DNA of 37,726 nt from Myxococcota bacterium (GCA_039208735.1 JBCCQY010000084.1:1-37726); one strand, 5' to 3'. Counted from the stretch's first letter, positions 17,914 through 27,124 are shown. Program-made: numbers and translations. The notes: generated from the letters alone by a model not told the origin.

Positions 17914-20022
17914 ATGTTCCGTTTTGCGTTTCCGCTGTGGTTGGTCGCGTGCACGTCTTCGTCGGTGGGCCCCCAATCGTCGGGCCGACCCATCAGCGAA
18001 GACCCCAACGTCCCCAACGGGGATGTCGACATTGACGGCGATGGCGTTCCTGCCTCGCAAGATTGCAACGACATGGATCCCGAGGTCGGCGCGCCAGAGC
18101 CCGAACGGTGCAATGGCCTTGATGACGACTGCGACGGCACCATCGACGAAGAGGCGGTCGACGCGGTGGAGTGGTTCGCCGACGTAGACCAGGACGGCTT
18201 TGGCGATGTCGAAACGGTGACGATTGCGTGCGATGCGCCCGAGGGCTTCGTGGCCAGCGGGACCGACTGCGACGACGCCAACGCCCAAACCAATCCCGAG
18301 GCCAATGAGCGCTGCGATGGTCTCGACAACGACTGCAACGGCGAGCCCGACGATGGGCCTAATCTGCTGTTTGTACCTACGATGTTCGGTTCCATCAACG
18401 AGGCCATCGAAAGCGCCCCTCAAGGCGCCGAGATTTGCCTGCTCCCTCGTACGTATGCAGGTACCATCACGATCGGTGCAAACGATGTAGTGTTGGCGGG
18501 CGTGGGGGCACAAGACGAGATCGTGTTCGACCGTTCGCAGGCCGCGAGCGCCATGATTCCGCTCGGACCGGGCACGGGCGCGTTGACCCTGCGAAACCTG
18601 ACGTTCCGGGGCTACAACAATAGCTCGAACAACGGTGCCTTCGAAGGCATTTTCATCGACAAGACGACCACCGATGACCTGGTCCTCGACAACGTCGCCA
18701 TCCGGGACCTCCAAATCTCGGTCCCCGACGATGAGTCCATCGATGGGGCGGTGATTCGAGCTACACGCGGCGATCTCACCCTTCGCAACGTACAAGTCGA
18801 AGATGTCGAGGTTGAGCTGGTGGGGAGTGTGTTCGACGATGGCCACCGGGTGGATGGAGGCCTCCTCCATACCAACTTGGGGGTGGTGACGATCGACGGC
18901 CTCGATGTGACCGACATGCGCATCACCACCGCTTCAAACTCGGGCGACTGTGATGTGCGCGGCGGCATCCTGAATTCGGTGAACGCTAAGGCGGTCCACA
19001 TTCGCGACTTCAACGTGCGGGAAGTCAGCCTCGACCTTGTGTGCGAAGACGCAGACGTTCAAGGCGCCATCACGCGAATCATCGATACATCCCTCGACGC
19101 AGCCAACCTGCGCTTCGAGGCCATTGAAGTCCAGGCCGAAGGCAACCAAGACGCCAGCATTGATGGCTTGTTTTACACATCCCAGGTGTCGGGCGCGGTC
19201 GATGCCATGGTGGTGCAAGGCAACGATATCGATGCGATCGGGACGCGCTTTGTTCGGGGTCAAGGGCTTCTTACGCTCGATTCATCCAATGGACTTTCGG
19301 TGACCCACCTCACCGTCTGGTCCAATGGGTTCAACGCCGACGAAACGGGCATCGACACCAGCCGAATCGACGGGGTGGCCGTGGTCGCGGAAGGCGAGGT
19401 TTCGCTGCAGTGGGTCGACATTCGAGGGAACCGAGCGGACGCCGCAAACCTGTTCGGCGGGTCGATCCTACTCGACGCCGATGGAAAAGGTCGAACCTCG
19501 CTCACCAACGCCGTCATCGCAGGAAACTCATCCGGGAACCCGTTTTCTGCCCTCGTGCTTGGTGGAGGCATCCTCGCCCGTGGCAATGACATCGAGATCG
19601 CCAACGTCGACCTCGTCGGAAATCAGTCGTTCGGACTCGCCGTGCAGGGCGGGGGCATCGCGGTGGAAGGCATCCTCAACCTGCTCATGATCAACCACAC
19701 CCAGATCATCAACACCTATGTCGAGACCCCGTTTGCATTTGGGGCCGCGTTTAATCCCGGCTTCAGTATGTACGACTGGCGCTACAACAATGTCTTCGGC
19801 AGTGTCGGCGGACCTGATTTCGTAGACGGCGTCCAACCCGACAACACCAACCTCGCAGTAGACCCGGAATACACGTTCCTCGATGACGACGCTGTGGACT
19901 GGGATCTGACGCTCCAGCCCACCTCCCCCGCGATCGATGCTGGCGATCCGGCCCGCATCGAACCCGACGGTACGCCGTCCGACCTTGGAGCCTACGGCGG
20001 CCCCGACGCCTCGGGCTGGTGA
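17914..20022 (+). CDS. Surface lipoprotein with MopE-like Cys/Asp metal-binding repeats and a right-handed beta-helix domain
   Basis: Signal MFRFAFPLWLVA-C. Two DC(N/D)D...ERC(N/D)GLD(D/N)DC(D/N)G repeats. SINEAIE...PRTY beta-helix entry, GG-I repeats, C-terminal SPAIDAGDP...DLGAYGGP. Confidence 0.85.
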   Translation: MFRFAFPLWLVACTSSSVGPQSSGRPISEDPNVPNGDVDIDGDGVPASQDCNDMDPEVGAPEPERCNGLDDDCDGTIDEEAVDAVEWFADVDQDGFGDVETVTIACDAPEGFVASGTDCDDANAQTNPEANERCDGLDNDCNGEPDDGPNLLFVPTMFGSINEAIESAPQGAEICLLPRTYAGTITIGANDVVLAGVGAQDEIVFDRSQAASAMIPLGPGTGALTLRNLTFRGYNNSSNNGAFEGIFIDKTTTDDLVLDNVAIRDLQISVPDDESIDGAVIRATRGDLTLRNVQVEDVEVELVGSVFDDGHRVDGGLLHTNLGVVTIDGLDVTDMRITTASNSGDCDVRGGILNSVNAKAVHIRDFNVREVSLDLVCEDADVQGAITRIIDTSLDAANLRFEAIEVQAEGNQDASIDGLFYTSQVSGAVDAMVVQGNDIDAIGTRFVRGQGLLTLDSSNGLSVTHLTVWSNGFNADETGIDTSRIDGVAVVAEGEVSLQWVDIRGNRADAANLFGGSILLDADGKGRTSLTNAVIAGNSSGNPFSALVLGGGILARGNDIEIANVDLVGNQSFGLAVQGGGIAVEGILNLLMINHTQIINTYVETPFAFGAAFNPGFSMYDWRYNNVFGSVGGPDFVDGVQPDNTNLAVDPEYTFLDDDAVDWDLTLQPTSPAIDAGDPARIEPDGTPSDLGAYGGPDASGW

Positions 20023-21716
20023 TTCGCGGCGAGCGGATTCGCGATGCGCGGTGGCTTTTCCACATTTCGGCTGTCGAGCGAAAGCTCGACCTCATCGATG
20101 AGCAGGCTCGGCGTCGAGATCGCAACCGCGTAGCCGCTCGCCGGTGCCGCAGACTCTCCCGGTGATGGGAGCAAGAGCGTTCGCTCCACTTGGGCCCCTG
20201 CCGCGGCAACATCCCGGAACAGCCCCCGGTCAAAATCGCCAAACGCCCAGCCGCGTACGAGTTCCTCACGACCATCGGCGTAGACTTTCACGGCCACCAC
20301 GGGTCCCGGCAAGGCCTCTGCCTTTGCCATCCCCAATAGGATGGCGAAGTTGAGGCTTGGACCAAGGCCCAGTTCCTCGACCGCGGGGTCCTGAATCCGT
20401 CGAATCACCACGTAGTAGTCAAGGCCATAGTCCGCCGCGAGGCGCAGGGCCTGACGACGTAACTTGCGTTCGGACCGTTGCTTGGGCGCTCGGACTTCAA
20501 GGTTGGCCGGCATGGCACGCAGCATGGTCCCCGTTTTGCCTCGGGCATGGCCCGTACTCTGGATCTGACTTAGGCGGGGGGTTCGCGTCATCAGGTGCGA
20601 CTGCACAATGCCGTTACGCACCAGCTCCACCTTTCGGGCCGGCTCGCCCTCCGAGTCAAAGGCGTAGGCCGCAGGCGACGTGGGATCCCGCATAGGGTCG
20701 TCATCGACGAACCAACCCGCCGGCAACACCCGCCGCTTGGCCGACATCGCGCTTTCGCCCTCCGCCTTGCCAAACACCGCGACGCGGCTCCCTCGCGGGG
20801 GCTTGTCCTTGGGAGGCGTCCCCGTCAGGGCGGGGACAAGTAGGCGCCGAACCAATGCGACCGCTGCGTCAGCCTCGAAGAGCACCGGCCCCACATAGGC
20901 CTCCTGCGCAACCGGGGCCGCGCGCCAGGCCTCGAGCCGCTCGACCAGGGCGTCCGTCGCCTCGGCCAGCGCCTTTTCATCGGGTACCTCATCGCCCCGT
21001 GTCACAAAGACGGCCTGATCCACCATCGAGGCCCCATCGTCCGCCCGAACCCGAGCGGCCACCCTCACGCCCACTCGATCGACGGGCCGCACCACTGTTG
21101 TTCCTCCAGAGTCGACCACGATCTCACGCCCTTGGGCAGCCCGGACATAGACCTTGGATGCCTCAATCTGGGGATGGTCGAGAAACCGCTTTGACGCGCT
21201 CCGAATCGACGCTTCGATGGCTTGGGGGTCCGGCTCGGTAGGCAAAGGTAAAAAGGCCGTTTGGGCGGGCCCAGGTGCGAAGTCGGGTACCTTCGCGCCC
21301 AAGGCGCGCCGTTGCAGTGCTGCATCCTTGGCCGCAAGCGCTTCGATGGCATCCTTGTAGGACTCGTCGACGAGCAACCAAGCATCGTGCCGCAATGCCA
21401 AAGGGTCCGACCCCAACACCGTCCTACGGGAATTCCACCCATCCTGGAAGACGTCGAAATTCGAGTTGTCATGATCGGCATCGCCAACCCGGACCTCCGC
21501 GGACAACCGTCGAGAGGGCGACACCTCCCGACGCAACAGCCCCCCGTAGGCGGCCGACATTCGCACGGACTGAATGTCGGACATCCGTAGGCCGATGTGG
21601 TAGGGCCGCGGGGCATTTGGCAAGTCGAGGTCCCGCATGGCGCGGTCGACTTCGGCCTTCAGGCCATCCACCATGGGATCCGCAAACGCCGCGAACGCCA
21701 TCCAACAGGCAATCAT
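19992..21716 (-). CDS. TldE/PmbA-like non-catalytic subunit with putative signal peptide
   Basis: YVGPVLFE, DDDP, FDSEGEP, LVRNG, GHARG, PANL. No HExxxH. N-terminus MIACWMAFAAFA-D. Start overlaps the upstream stop (ATGA). Confidence 0.85.
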   Translation of the reverse strand: MIACWMAFAAFADPMVDGLKAEVDRAMRDLDLPNAPRPYHIGLRMSDIQSVRMSAAYGGLLRREVSPSRRLSAEVRVGDADHDNSNFDVFQDGWNSRRTVLGSDPLALRHDAWLLVDESYKDAIEALAAKDAALQRRALGAKVPDFAPGPAQTAFLPLPTEPDPQAIEASIRSASKRFLDHPQIEASKVYVRAAQGREIVVDSGGTTVVRPVDRVGVRVAARVRADDGASMVDQAVFVTRGDEVPDEKALAEATDALVERLEAWRAAPVAQEAYVGPVLFEADAAVALVRRLLVPALTGTPPKDKPPRGSRVAVFGKAEGESAMSAKRRVLPAGWFVDDDPMRDPTSPAAYAFDSEGEPARKVELVRNGIVQSHLMTRTPRLSQIQSTGHARGKTGTMLRAMPANLEVRAPKQRSERKLRRQALRLAADYGLDYYVVIRRIQDPAVEELGLGPSLNFAILLGMAKAEALPGPVVAVKVYADGREELVRGWAFGDFDRGLFRDVAAAGAQVERTLLLPSPGESAAPASGYAVAISTPSLLIDEVELSLDSRNVEKPPRIANPLAANHQPEASGPP

Positions 21717-23395
21717 GCTTCATCTCCTTGCGTCGAGGGGGCCGGTTTCGCGAGCAATGGTGGGCGTTCCGCCCCCTTCTCCTTTTTCTGGACCTCAAGC
21801 GTGCGGACCAGCAGGCTTGGCGACACGGCACTGTTGGGGATGAAGCCACTTTTGGCGCCGCAATAGCCATTGAACACGGCCGGGTCGTCGCCCACCGCCA
21901 TCACGTTGGCGAGCGCAACCAGCGGCGTGCCCACCAAGTCGATGCCCCGGATGCGCTCATCTGGACGACCATCAGCAAACACCTTGAAGGCCGTTACCGC
22001 GCGTACGTTGAAGGCATTGGGAAAGACGCGCCCCGTCATGGTGAACCCTCCATTGATCTCATCGACGAGGACCCCAAAGGGACGCCCCTGACGCTTCAGT
22101 TCAGCCCGGAACATCTGTCGAAGTGTGGCTTCCGACTTTGGGTCGGTGGTCTCGACGATGGTGCTCGCCATTCGCGAAATCGGGGCCCGACCAGGTTGAG
22201 CCCGTCCGTGTCCATTGGATCGGTTGAACCCTTTGATCGGGGATCGACTCATCAGGAAGCCCTGGAACACACCCCGATCGACAATCGTGGCCCGCTGCGC
22301 AGGCACGCCCTGTTGATCGTAGCGATAGTGTCCGTTGAGGTCCTCCCCCGCGTACGACACGAGGGTTGGGTCGTCGTAGATGGTGATGGTTCGCGGCATC
22401 ACGAGTTCGCCCACCTTATCCTTGAAGGTATGGCCTTCATCCTCGGACTTCTGCCGATGGCCCTCGGCACGGTGGCCCAACACTTCATGGATGAACACAC
22501 CTGCCGCACGGCCCCGAAGCAGCACCGGCCCGCTGTAGGGTTGGCCGTCCTTCGCGTCCCGAACCTCGATTAGATCGTCGCGAAGTTCGTTCGCCCAGGC
22601 CACAAGGTCCCGCCGTTCGGGCAAGCGCTGGGTGTCATGCACCTCTTTCCATCGGTACAAGCGAAGATCTGCACCGTCAGGCGCCACGGTGGACGCCGTA
22701 ATCGCGACGCGGATGCGGCGGAGGCCCTCGCGGACGCGAGTGCCCTCACTGGTCACGATGGTCTCAGTCTGGGCGACCCCACGGAGCGTAGCCCGAGACT
22801 CGAGAACATCGGGATGATCATCGAGAATCTCCGACAGCTCGATCAATGTGGGTTGCCAGGCCTCGAGATCCAAATCGAGTGCGGTGGCGGGCCCCAGATC
22901 GACCGAAGGCGGCTCGAGCTTGGCAAAGTCCGCGGAGGCGTCCTCATCCTTGACCTTGACGAGCTGGTTCGCCTGCACCCGCAGCCACTTTTCTTGGGCA
23001 TCGCGAATCTCGCGTTGGGTGGCGTCCCACACCACGGCTTGCAGCGCCAGTGACCCTCCGTCGATGGGCAAGGCGGTACCCCACTGCCGGTTGACTCCTG
23101 CGACAAAGTTCCCTTTCAGTTCGTGGGTGCTGTCTCGCGCATAGTCTCCCACCCGAGCCCGCACATCGAGCATTCGGGTCTTCGACTCAGTTCGTCGCTC
23201 CACCTGGCCGTAGCGAGCGCTCACCTGCTGCTCTTCTTCCTCCATCACTCGGTAACCGAGGAAATAGGGAGCATTCGGCGCCCCCTGCCAGCCAGCCATC
23301 GTGCGCGCCATCTCGGCGTCGAGCGCGGCCAAGACATCGTCGGGTGGGGTTTCGGCAAGCGCCCACCCGCCCATCCACATGACAACAAACACCAT
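21713..23395 (-). CDS. TldD-family metallopeptidase with putative signal peptide
   Basis: AAGVFIHEVLGHRAEG (HExxxH), YDDPT, YDQQGVPA, SNGHGR, SRM, FNGYCG (Cys ligand). AGGAG RBS before ATG 23395. N-terminus MVFVVMWMGGWALA-E. Confidence 0.9.
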   Translation of the reverse strand: MVFVVMWMGGWALAETPPDDVLAALDAEMARTMAGWQGAPNAPYFLGYRVMEEEEQQVSARYGQVERRTESKTRMLDVRARVGDYARDSTHELKGNFVAGVNRQWGTALPIDGGSLALQAVVWDATQREIRDAQEKWLRVQANQLVKVKDEDASADFAKLEPPSVDLGPATALDLDLEAWQPTLIELSEILDDHPDVLESRATLRGVAQTETIVTSEGTRVREGLRRIRVAITASTVAPDGADLRLYRWKEVHDTQRLPERRDLVAWANELRDDLIEVRDAKDGQPYSGPVLLRGRAAGVFIHEVLGHRAEGHRQKSEDEGHTFKDKVGELVMPRTITIYDDPTLVSYAGEDLNGHYRYDQQGVPAQRATIVDRGVFQGFLMSRSPIKGFNRSNGHGRAQPGRAPISRMASTIVETTDPKSEATLRQMFRAELKRQGRPFGVLVDEINGGFTMTGRVFPNAFNVRAVTAFKVFADGRPDERIRGIDLVGTPLVALANVMAVGDDPAVFNGYCGAKSGFIPNSAVSPSLLVRTLEVQKKEKGAERPPLLAKPAPSTQGDEA

Positions 23396-23431
23396 CGAGA
23401 CTCCTGAAGTGACGAATGCACAAAGGCCGAC

Positions 23432-23447
23432 TGCAGCTCGCATGCCA
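23432..23447 (-). promoter_or_regulatory. Putative sigma54 (-24/-12) promoter for the tldD/tldE-like operon
   Basis: The minus strand reads TGGCATG-CGAG-CTGCA against consensus TGGCACG-N4-TTGCW, with correct GG-N10-GC spacing, 36 nt upstream of the ATG. Confidence 0.65.
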
Positions 23448-23488
23448 GGCGGATCCGCCCTTGCCCCATTCGTCGACAGCCTCGAACT

Positions 23489-23528
23489 TGACATTTTGTC
23501 AGGCGGAGCTTGAAATTCTCGCCAAGCT
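23489..23528. promoter_or_regulatory. Candidate upstream activator sites (enhancer-binding protein)
   Basis: Palindromes TGACA-TTT-TGTCA (23489-23501) and AGCTTG-N10-CAAGCT (23507-23528), just upstream of the sigma54 element. Confidence 0.45.
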
Positions 23529-23537
23529 GTCACGCCA

Positions 23538-24899
23538 TCAAGGGAGCGCGGCCCAAAAAGGATCGATGCCCTGCAGGTAGTCCTCCAGCGTGAGGCGCAC
23601 CGGCACGTCGGGGTGAAGTCCCTCTCCAGGAACGCAGTCATCCACCTCGAGGTGTTTCACCGACATCAAGGAGATGACGGCAGAAACCCCTGACTGGGGG
23701 GCGCGAAAGAGCACGGGAAGGTTGCCGGCGTGTCGATCGCAGTCGCCGCCCAGCTCTTCGCCGATGAACACGACGTCGGGACGATAGTGCAGCAACGCCA
23801 AGGCCATGCTGTTGGCGGCTGAGTTTGTTCGCGCATCGGCAAACAACACGACATCGCCCGTGAACTGCGGCTCGACGGGGCGAAGCCATGGCGCGATGGG
23901 GTCACCGGGACGTTCCATCGGTTTCAGGTCGGACTCCTCGCCGATGAAGAACTCGGTGTAGGGCTCGTAGACCTTCGGAATGCGCTTTACGCGGGCCGAA
24001 ACGCCGCGCCATTGAACGTAGGGTTCGGGCAGGAGGTGGTTGAGCACCGAAACGGCAAGACCGCGAAATCCACCAGGATTGCCGCGAACATCGACCACCA
24101 ACCGCTTGATGTCCGTCAGCGATTCGAACCCTGTCTGAACGCGGGCCGTGTAGGCCTCCGCATCCGAGTTTCCGAAGGAAGGCAGGCGAAGCCAGACCGT
24201 TTCGTCGTCAACCCGCTCGAACGTTGGCCATTGCGGCTCCACACCCGACGGCTCGACCAGCGTTCGAAAGGCGTCGGGCTCGATGCCGTCCAGGGTCACG
24301 GCTTGCTCGGTTCCGTCGGGAAGTCGCACCACGATGTCGTAGGTCTGAGCCACGCCGTAGCGAAGGTGGAAGTACTTGATGAAATCGTAGTTGAGAACTG
24401 TCTCCTGAATGTGCGGCCGGCGCCCATCGACACTCACCATGACGCGCAACGCGTCCCAGATGGCCTGGGCCTCGAGGCCCTGAATTCGCAACAGCTCGGT
24501 ACCTTTTGGCCAGTCCATCGAGGTGCCGTGAACGTAGAGTCGCCCTTCGACGCGGCGCAGTACGAGCGGTAGCAAGGTTAGGCCTTGTCCTCCTCCGGAC
24601 TGGTAGGCGGGCAGGCCGACCTGGGCGTGAAAGTCGCCAAGTACGGCGATGACGTTCTGAAACGCTCGACCGACCTCGAATTGATCAGGATGGGTCAACC
24701 CGTCTAAAACCGCCACCTGCTCGTCAACCGTGCGGCGAAACGTCGCTTCGTCGACAAATCGCATCGGCTCGGGATGCACCGCTTCGATGAAGGCCGCAAA
24801 CCGGCGCACGTCATCCGACGGCGATGGTTCCGCGGCAGGGGTTGGGCTTCCGGTCGCGCGACAACCGAGCCAGAGCGTCCACATCATGCTCATCCACAT
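23538..24899 (-). CDS. S41 family peptidase, lipoprotein
   Basis: Signal ...WTLWLG-C. LGDFH, PDZ-like segment, LRLPSF, VVDVRGNPGG, TNSAAN (catalytic Ser), IGEELGG, GLHPDV. Confidence 0.9.
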   Translation of the reverse strand: MWMSMMWTLWLGCRATGSPTPAAEPSPSDDVRRFAAFIEAVHPEPMRFVDEATFRRTVDEQVAVLDGLTHPDQFEVGRAFQNVIAVLGDFHAQVGLPAYQSGGGQGLTLLPLVLRRVEGRLYVHGTSMDWPKGTELLRIQGLEAQAIWDALRVMVSVDGRRPHIQETVLNYDFIKYFHLRYGVAQTYDIVVRLPDGTEQAVTLDGIEPDAFRTLVEPSGVEPQWPTFERVDDETVWLRLPSFGNSDAEAYTARVQTGFESLTDIKRLVVDVRGNPGGFRGLAVSVLNHLLPEPYVQWRGVSARVKRIPKVYEPYTEFFIGEESDLKPMERPGDPIAPWLRPVEPQFTGDVVLFADARTNSAANSMALALLHYRPDVVFIGEELGGDCDRHAGNLPVLFRAPQSGVSAVISLMSVKHLEVDDCVPGEGLHPDVPVRLTLEDYLQGIDPFWAALP

Positions 24900-24932
24900 G
24901 GGAGATCCTCGCGTAGGGATCTGACAATGCTC

Positions 24933-25892
24933 TCAAGCCGTGCGCTGGATCGACGGAACGGGACCCCGAAAGGCCTGACGGTAGCTTGAAGGTGACGTAC
25001 CCAGCTGACCGCGAAATCGCTGTCGAAACGTGGCACTCGAACCAAACCCCACCGCCTCAGCAACCGCCTCCACCGACAGCGATGTGGTTTCGAGGAGCAC
25101 TTGGGCCCGCCGGACCCGAGCCCGCAGCACCCATTGCGCAGGAGTCGTGCTGAGCTGCGCCTGGAATCGACGCGCCAACGTTCGCGGACTCATCGCGGCT
25201 CGCTGGGCCAGCGCCGGCACCGTCAAATCGGCTTCAAGGTGACCGTCGATCCAGTCGAGCAACGGCTGTAGCGCCTCGTCGGCCTCGGGCGCCGGATGGT
25301 CGATGAACTGCGCCTGGCCTCCGGGACGCTCCAACGGCATCACGGCCATTCGAGCCGTGTGCGCCGCAATCGCCGCGCCAAAATCGCGCCGCACCACATG
25401 CAAACACAGATCGAGCCCCGCAGCAGCGCCCGCCGAGGTCATCACCACATCCTCGTCCACGTAGAGCACTTCGCTCGCCACCTCGACGTCGGGATAGCTG
25501 GCCGCGAGAGCCGGCGCCGCAGCCCAGTGGGTCGTGGCTCGTCGCCCCGCGAGTAAGCCCGCTGCGGCGAGCACGAAGGCCCCGGTGCAGATGCTCACGA
25601 TCCGAGTCCCCCGCGCGGCCGCATGCCTCAAGGCCAAGAGGAGTTCCGGTTCGAAGGGGCCCTCAATCTCTAGAACGCCAGGGACCACGATGGTGTGAGC
25701 GTCTTCGAGCGCGTCCAACCGGTGTGGAACTTCAACGGTGAACCACTCCGCCTGGACCCTCGCCGAAGCCGCGCAGACGCGCACCTCGTACATCGGCCCC
25801 GACGGGCTTCGCGCCCGCCCGAACACTTCACAGGGCGTAGCCAGATCCCCGGCCACCACCCGCTGCGGACACGCCACGGCAACAACATGCAT
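24933..25892 (-). CDS. GlxA/FtrA-type AraC regulator (DJ-1/PfpI domain + AraC HTH)
   Basis: SICTGAFVLAAAGLL, RRATTHW, TSAGAAAGLDLCL, RPGGQAQF, MSPRTLARRF, VGFGS...SPSSYR. Confidence 0.95.
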   Translation of the reverse strand: MHVVAVACPQRVVAGDLATPCEVFGRARSPSGPMYEVRVCAASARVQAEWFTVEVPHRLDALEDAHTIVVPGVLEIEGPFEPELLLALRHAAARGTRIVSICTGAFVLAAAGLLAGRRATTHWAAAPALAASYPDVEVASEVLYVDEDVVMTSAGAAAGLDLCLHVVRRDFGAAIAAHTARMAVMPLERPGGQAQFIDHPAPEADEALQPLLDWIDGHLEADLTVPALAQRAAMSPRTLARRFQAQLSTTPAQWVLRARVRRAQVLLETTSLSVEAVAEAVGFGSSATFRQRFRGQLGTSPSSYRQAFRGPVPSIQRTA

Positions 25893-25915
25893 GCGGTGAG
25901 CATCGCCCGGTCGAC

Positions 25916-25950
25916 TGTCCAAAATCCATCGAATCTTGTCTTTTCTGCCA
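25916..25950. promoter_or_regulatory. Putative operator of the GlxA-type regulator
   Basis: AT-rich imperfect inverted repeat TGTCCAAAA...TTTTCTGCCA in the divergent gap next to the regulator start. Confidence 0.35.
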
Positions 25951-25957
25951 GCAGACG

Positions 25958-26208
25958 ATGTTCACGGGGCCCGGCAGACTTCCTTTCAGGAGGTCCTGGC
26001 CACGCTGGGGCTCCGGGCCTACCCGTTCATCGGGGCCGCCTGGATGGCTCACGTGGCCTGGGATGTCGCGCACCACCTGCATGGAGAGCCCATCTTGCGG
26101 TTCGACGCCTCGTCGTCGCTTGGATGCGCCGTATGCGACACCGTCATCGCCGTTTGGTTCTTCGCCGGTGCACCATCGCCGTTTCATCGAGAAGGTCGCG
26201 ACCTTTAG
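25958..26208 (+). pseudogene. DUF6010-like membrane protein, N-terminal half missing
   Basis: FIGAAWMAHVAWDVAHHLHGEPILRFDASSSLGCAVCDTVIAVWFFAGAPS matches the DUF6010 C-terminal half. ATG 25958 is out of frame with it, and there is no room for the N-terminal half. Confidence 0.6.
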
Positions 26209-27014
26209 CTGAGAGCCTCGATCATGTTCGGGACCCACAGCTCGGATGCGAAGTACGCGGTCGCTACCACCACGTATGCTGTCGCGACCCAAAGCAGCGC
26301 ATTCACCACGGGCCCCGTCCACCGCTGGTTCCCCGCGCGAAGGAACCCTTCCGCAACGGCCAGACTCGGCAGGTAAAACGCGAAATCCATGAACACATCA
26401 AACGGTCCATCGAACGTTGGCGTGTGCCCTACGCCGTCCGCCACCAAGAACCAAAATGCGTAATCCATACGGTAGAGCCAAGAGCCAAGCGCTAGTGCGT
26501 ATAGTCGCACCGCCCAGGCCCGGTGTTCGACCAGCTGGCGCGCCATGGCGAAGCGCGCGGTCTGCACGGCTGAAACAAACATCAGCCCCCCGTACAATCC
26601 AAATCCGACATCCATCCACAGGCCCCCCACGGTGCCGCGGACCGCGATGAACCCGAGCCCCCCTACCGCTGCGACCAACGCCGCGATCACGTAGATCCGT
26701 CCCAACCAACGGTGAACCACCGGGGCCACCCGACGCAGCGCCTCGATGAACTGCACGCTGCCCAACGCCAGCATGATCCCACCACCGGCAAAGTGAATCC
26801 CAATCCCCGAATTCCCCACATCGCCTCCCGCGACGTGCAGCTCGGGAAGATGGGTGTTCCATCGTGGCAGATCGTCGGTCACCATGGCGAGTGCATAGAA
26901 GATCAGGATGTACATCCCAAACAACAACGAACTGCCCCACACCGTGATCGCGAGGGTCGTCAAGGCCAGGGAGTCATTCGAAAAGGTTGCCGGGGTGACG
27001 CTGCGCTGATTCAT
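26205..27014 (-). CDS. DUF2306-like membrane protein
   Basis: About 7 TM segments. GIHFAGG, QF, HRWLGRIY, HRAWAVRLYALALGSWLYR. Confidence 0.85.
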   Translation of the reverse strand: MNQRSVTPATFSNDSLALTTLAITVWGSSLLFGMYILIFYALAMVTDDLPRWNTHLPELHVAGGDVGNSGIGIHFAGGGIMLALGSVQFIEALRRVAPVVHRWLGRIYVIAALVAAVGGLGFIAVRGTVGGLWMDVGFGLYGGLMFVSAVQTARFAMARQLVEHRAWAVRLYALALGSWLYRMDYAFWFLVADGVGHTPTFDGPFDVFMDFAFYLPSLAVAEGFLRAGNQRWTGPVVNALLWVATAYVVVATAYFASELWVPNMIEALS

Positions 27015-27102
27015 GCAAGGATTCTATCGGGGTACTTCGGCCACCAACACGGCCTCGTCGAACCGTTGCGGCAGCGTGCCGTCCACCAGATGTACGCGGG
27101 GC

Positions 27103-27124
27103 CGAGATGCCGCCATGCATCTCG
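27103..27124 (-). terminator. Hairpin directly after the lipoprotein stop (possible terminator or 3' stabiliser)
   Basis: Perfect 8-bp stem CGAGATGC/GCATCTCG with a 6-nt loop. No U-tract. Confidence 0.3.

Noticed and set aside
18020..18360. Repeated sequence as a CRISPR or mobile repeat
   Set aside because: These are degenerate in-frame protein repeats (Cys/Asp motifs), not identical nucleotide repeats with spacers.
21275..22573. 432-aa plus-strand ORF
   Set aside because: Antisense shadow of the TldD/TldE genes, with no motifs. Such ORFs are expected in GC-rich DNA.
23396..23641. 82-aa N-terminal extension of TldD
   Set aside because: It would overlap the S41 gene and the sigma54 promoter. 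The AGGAG RBS supports ATG 23395.
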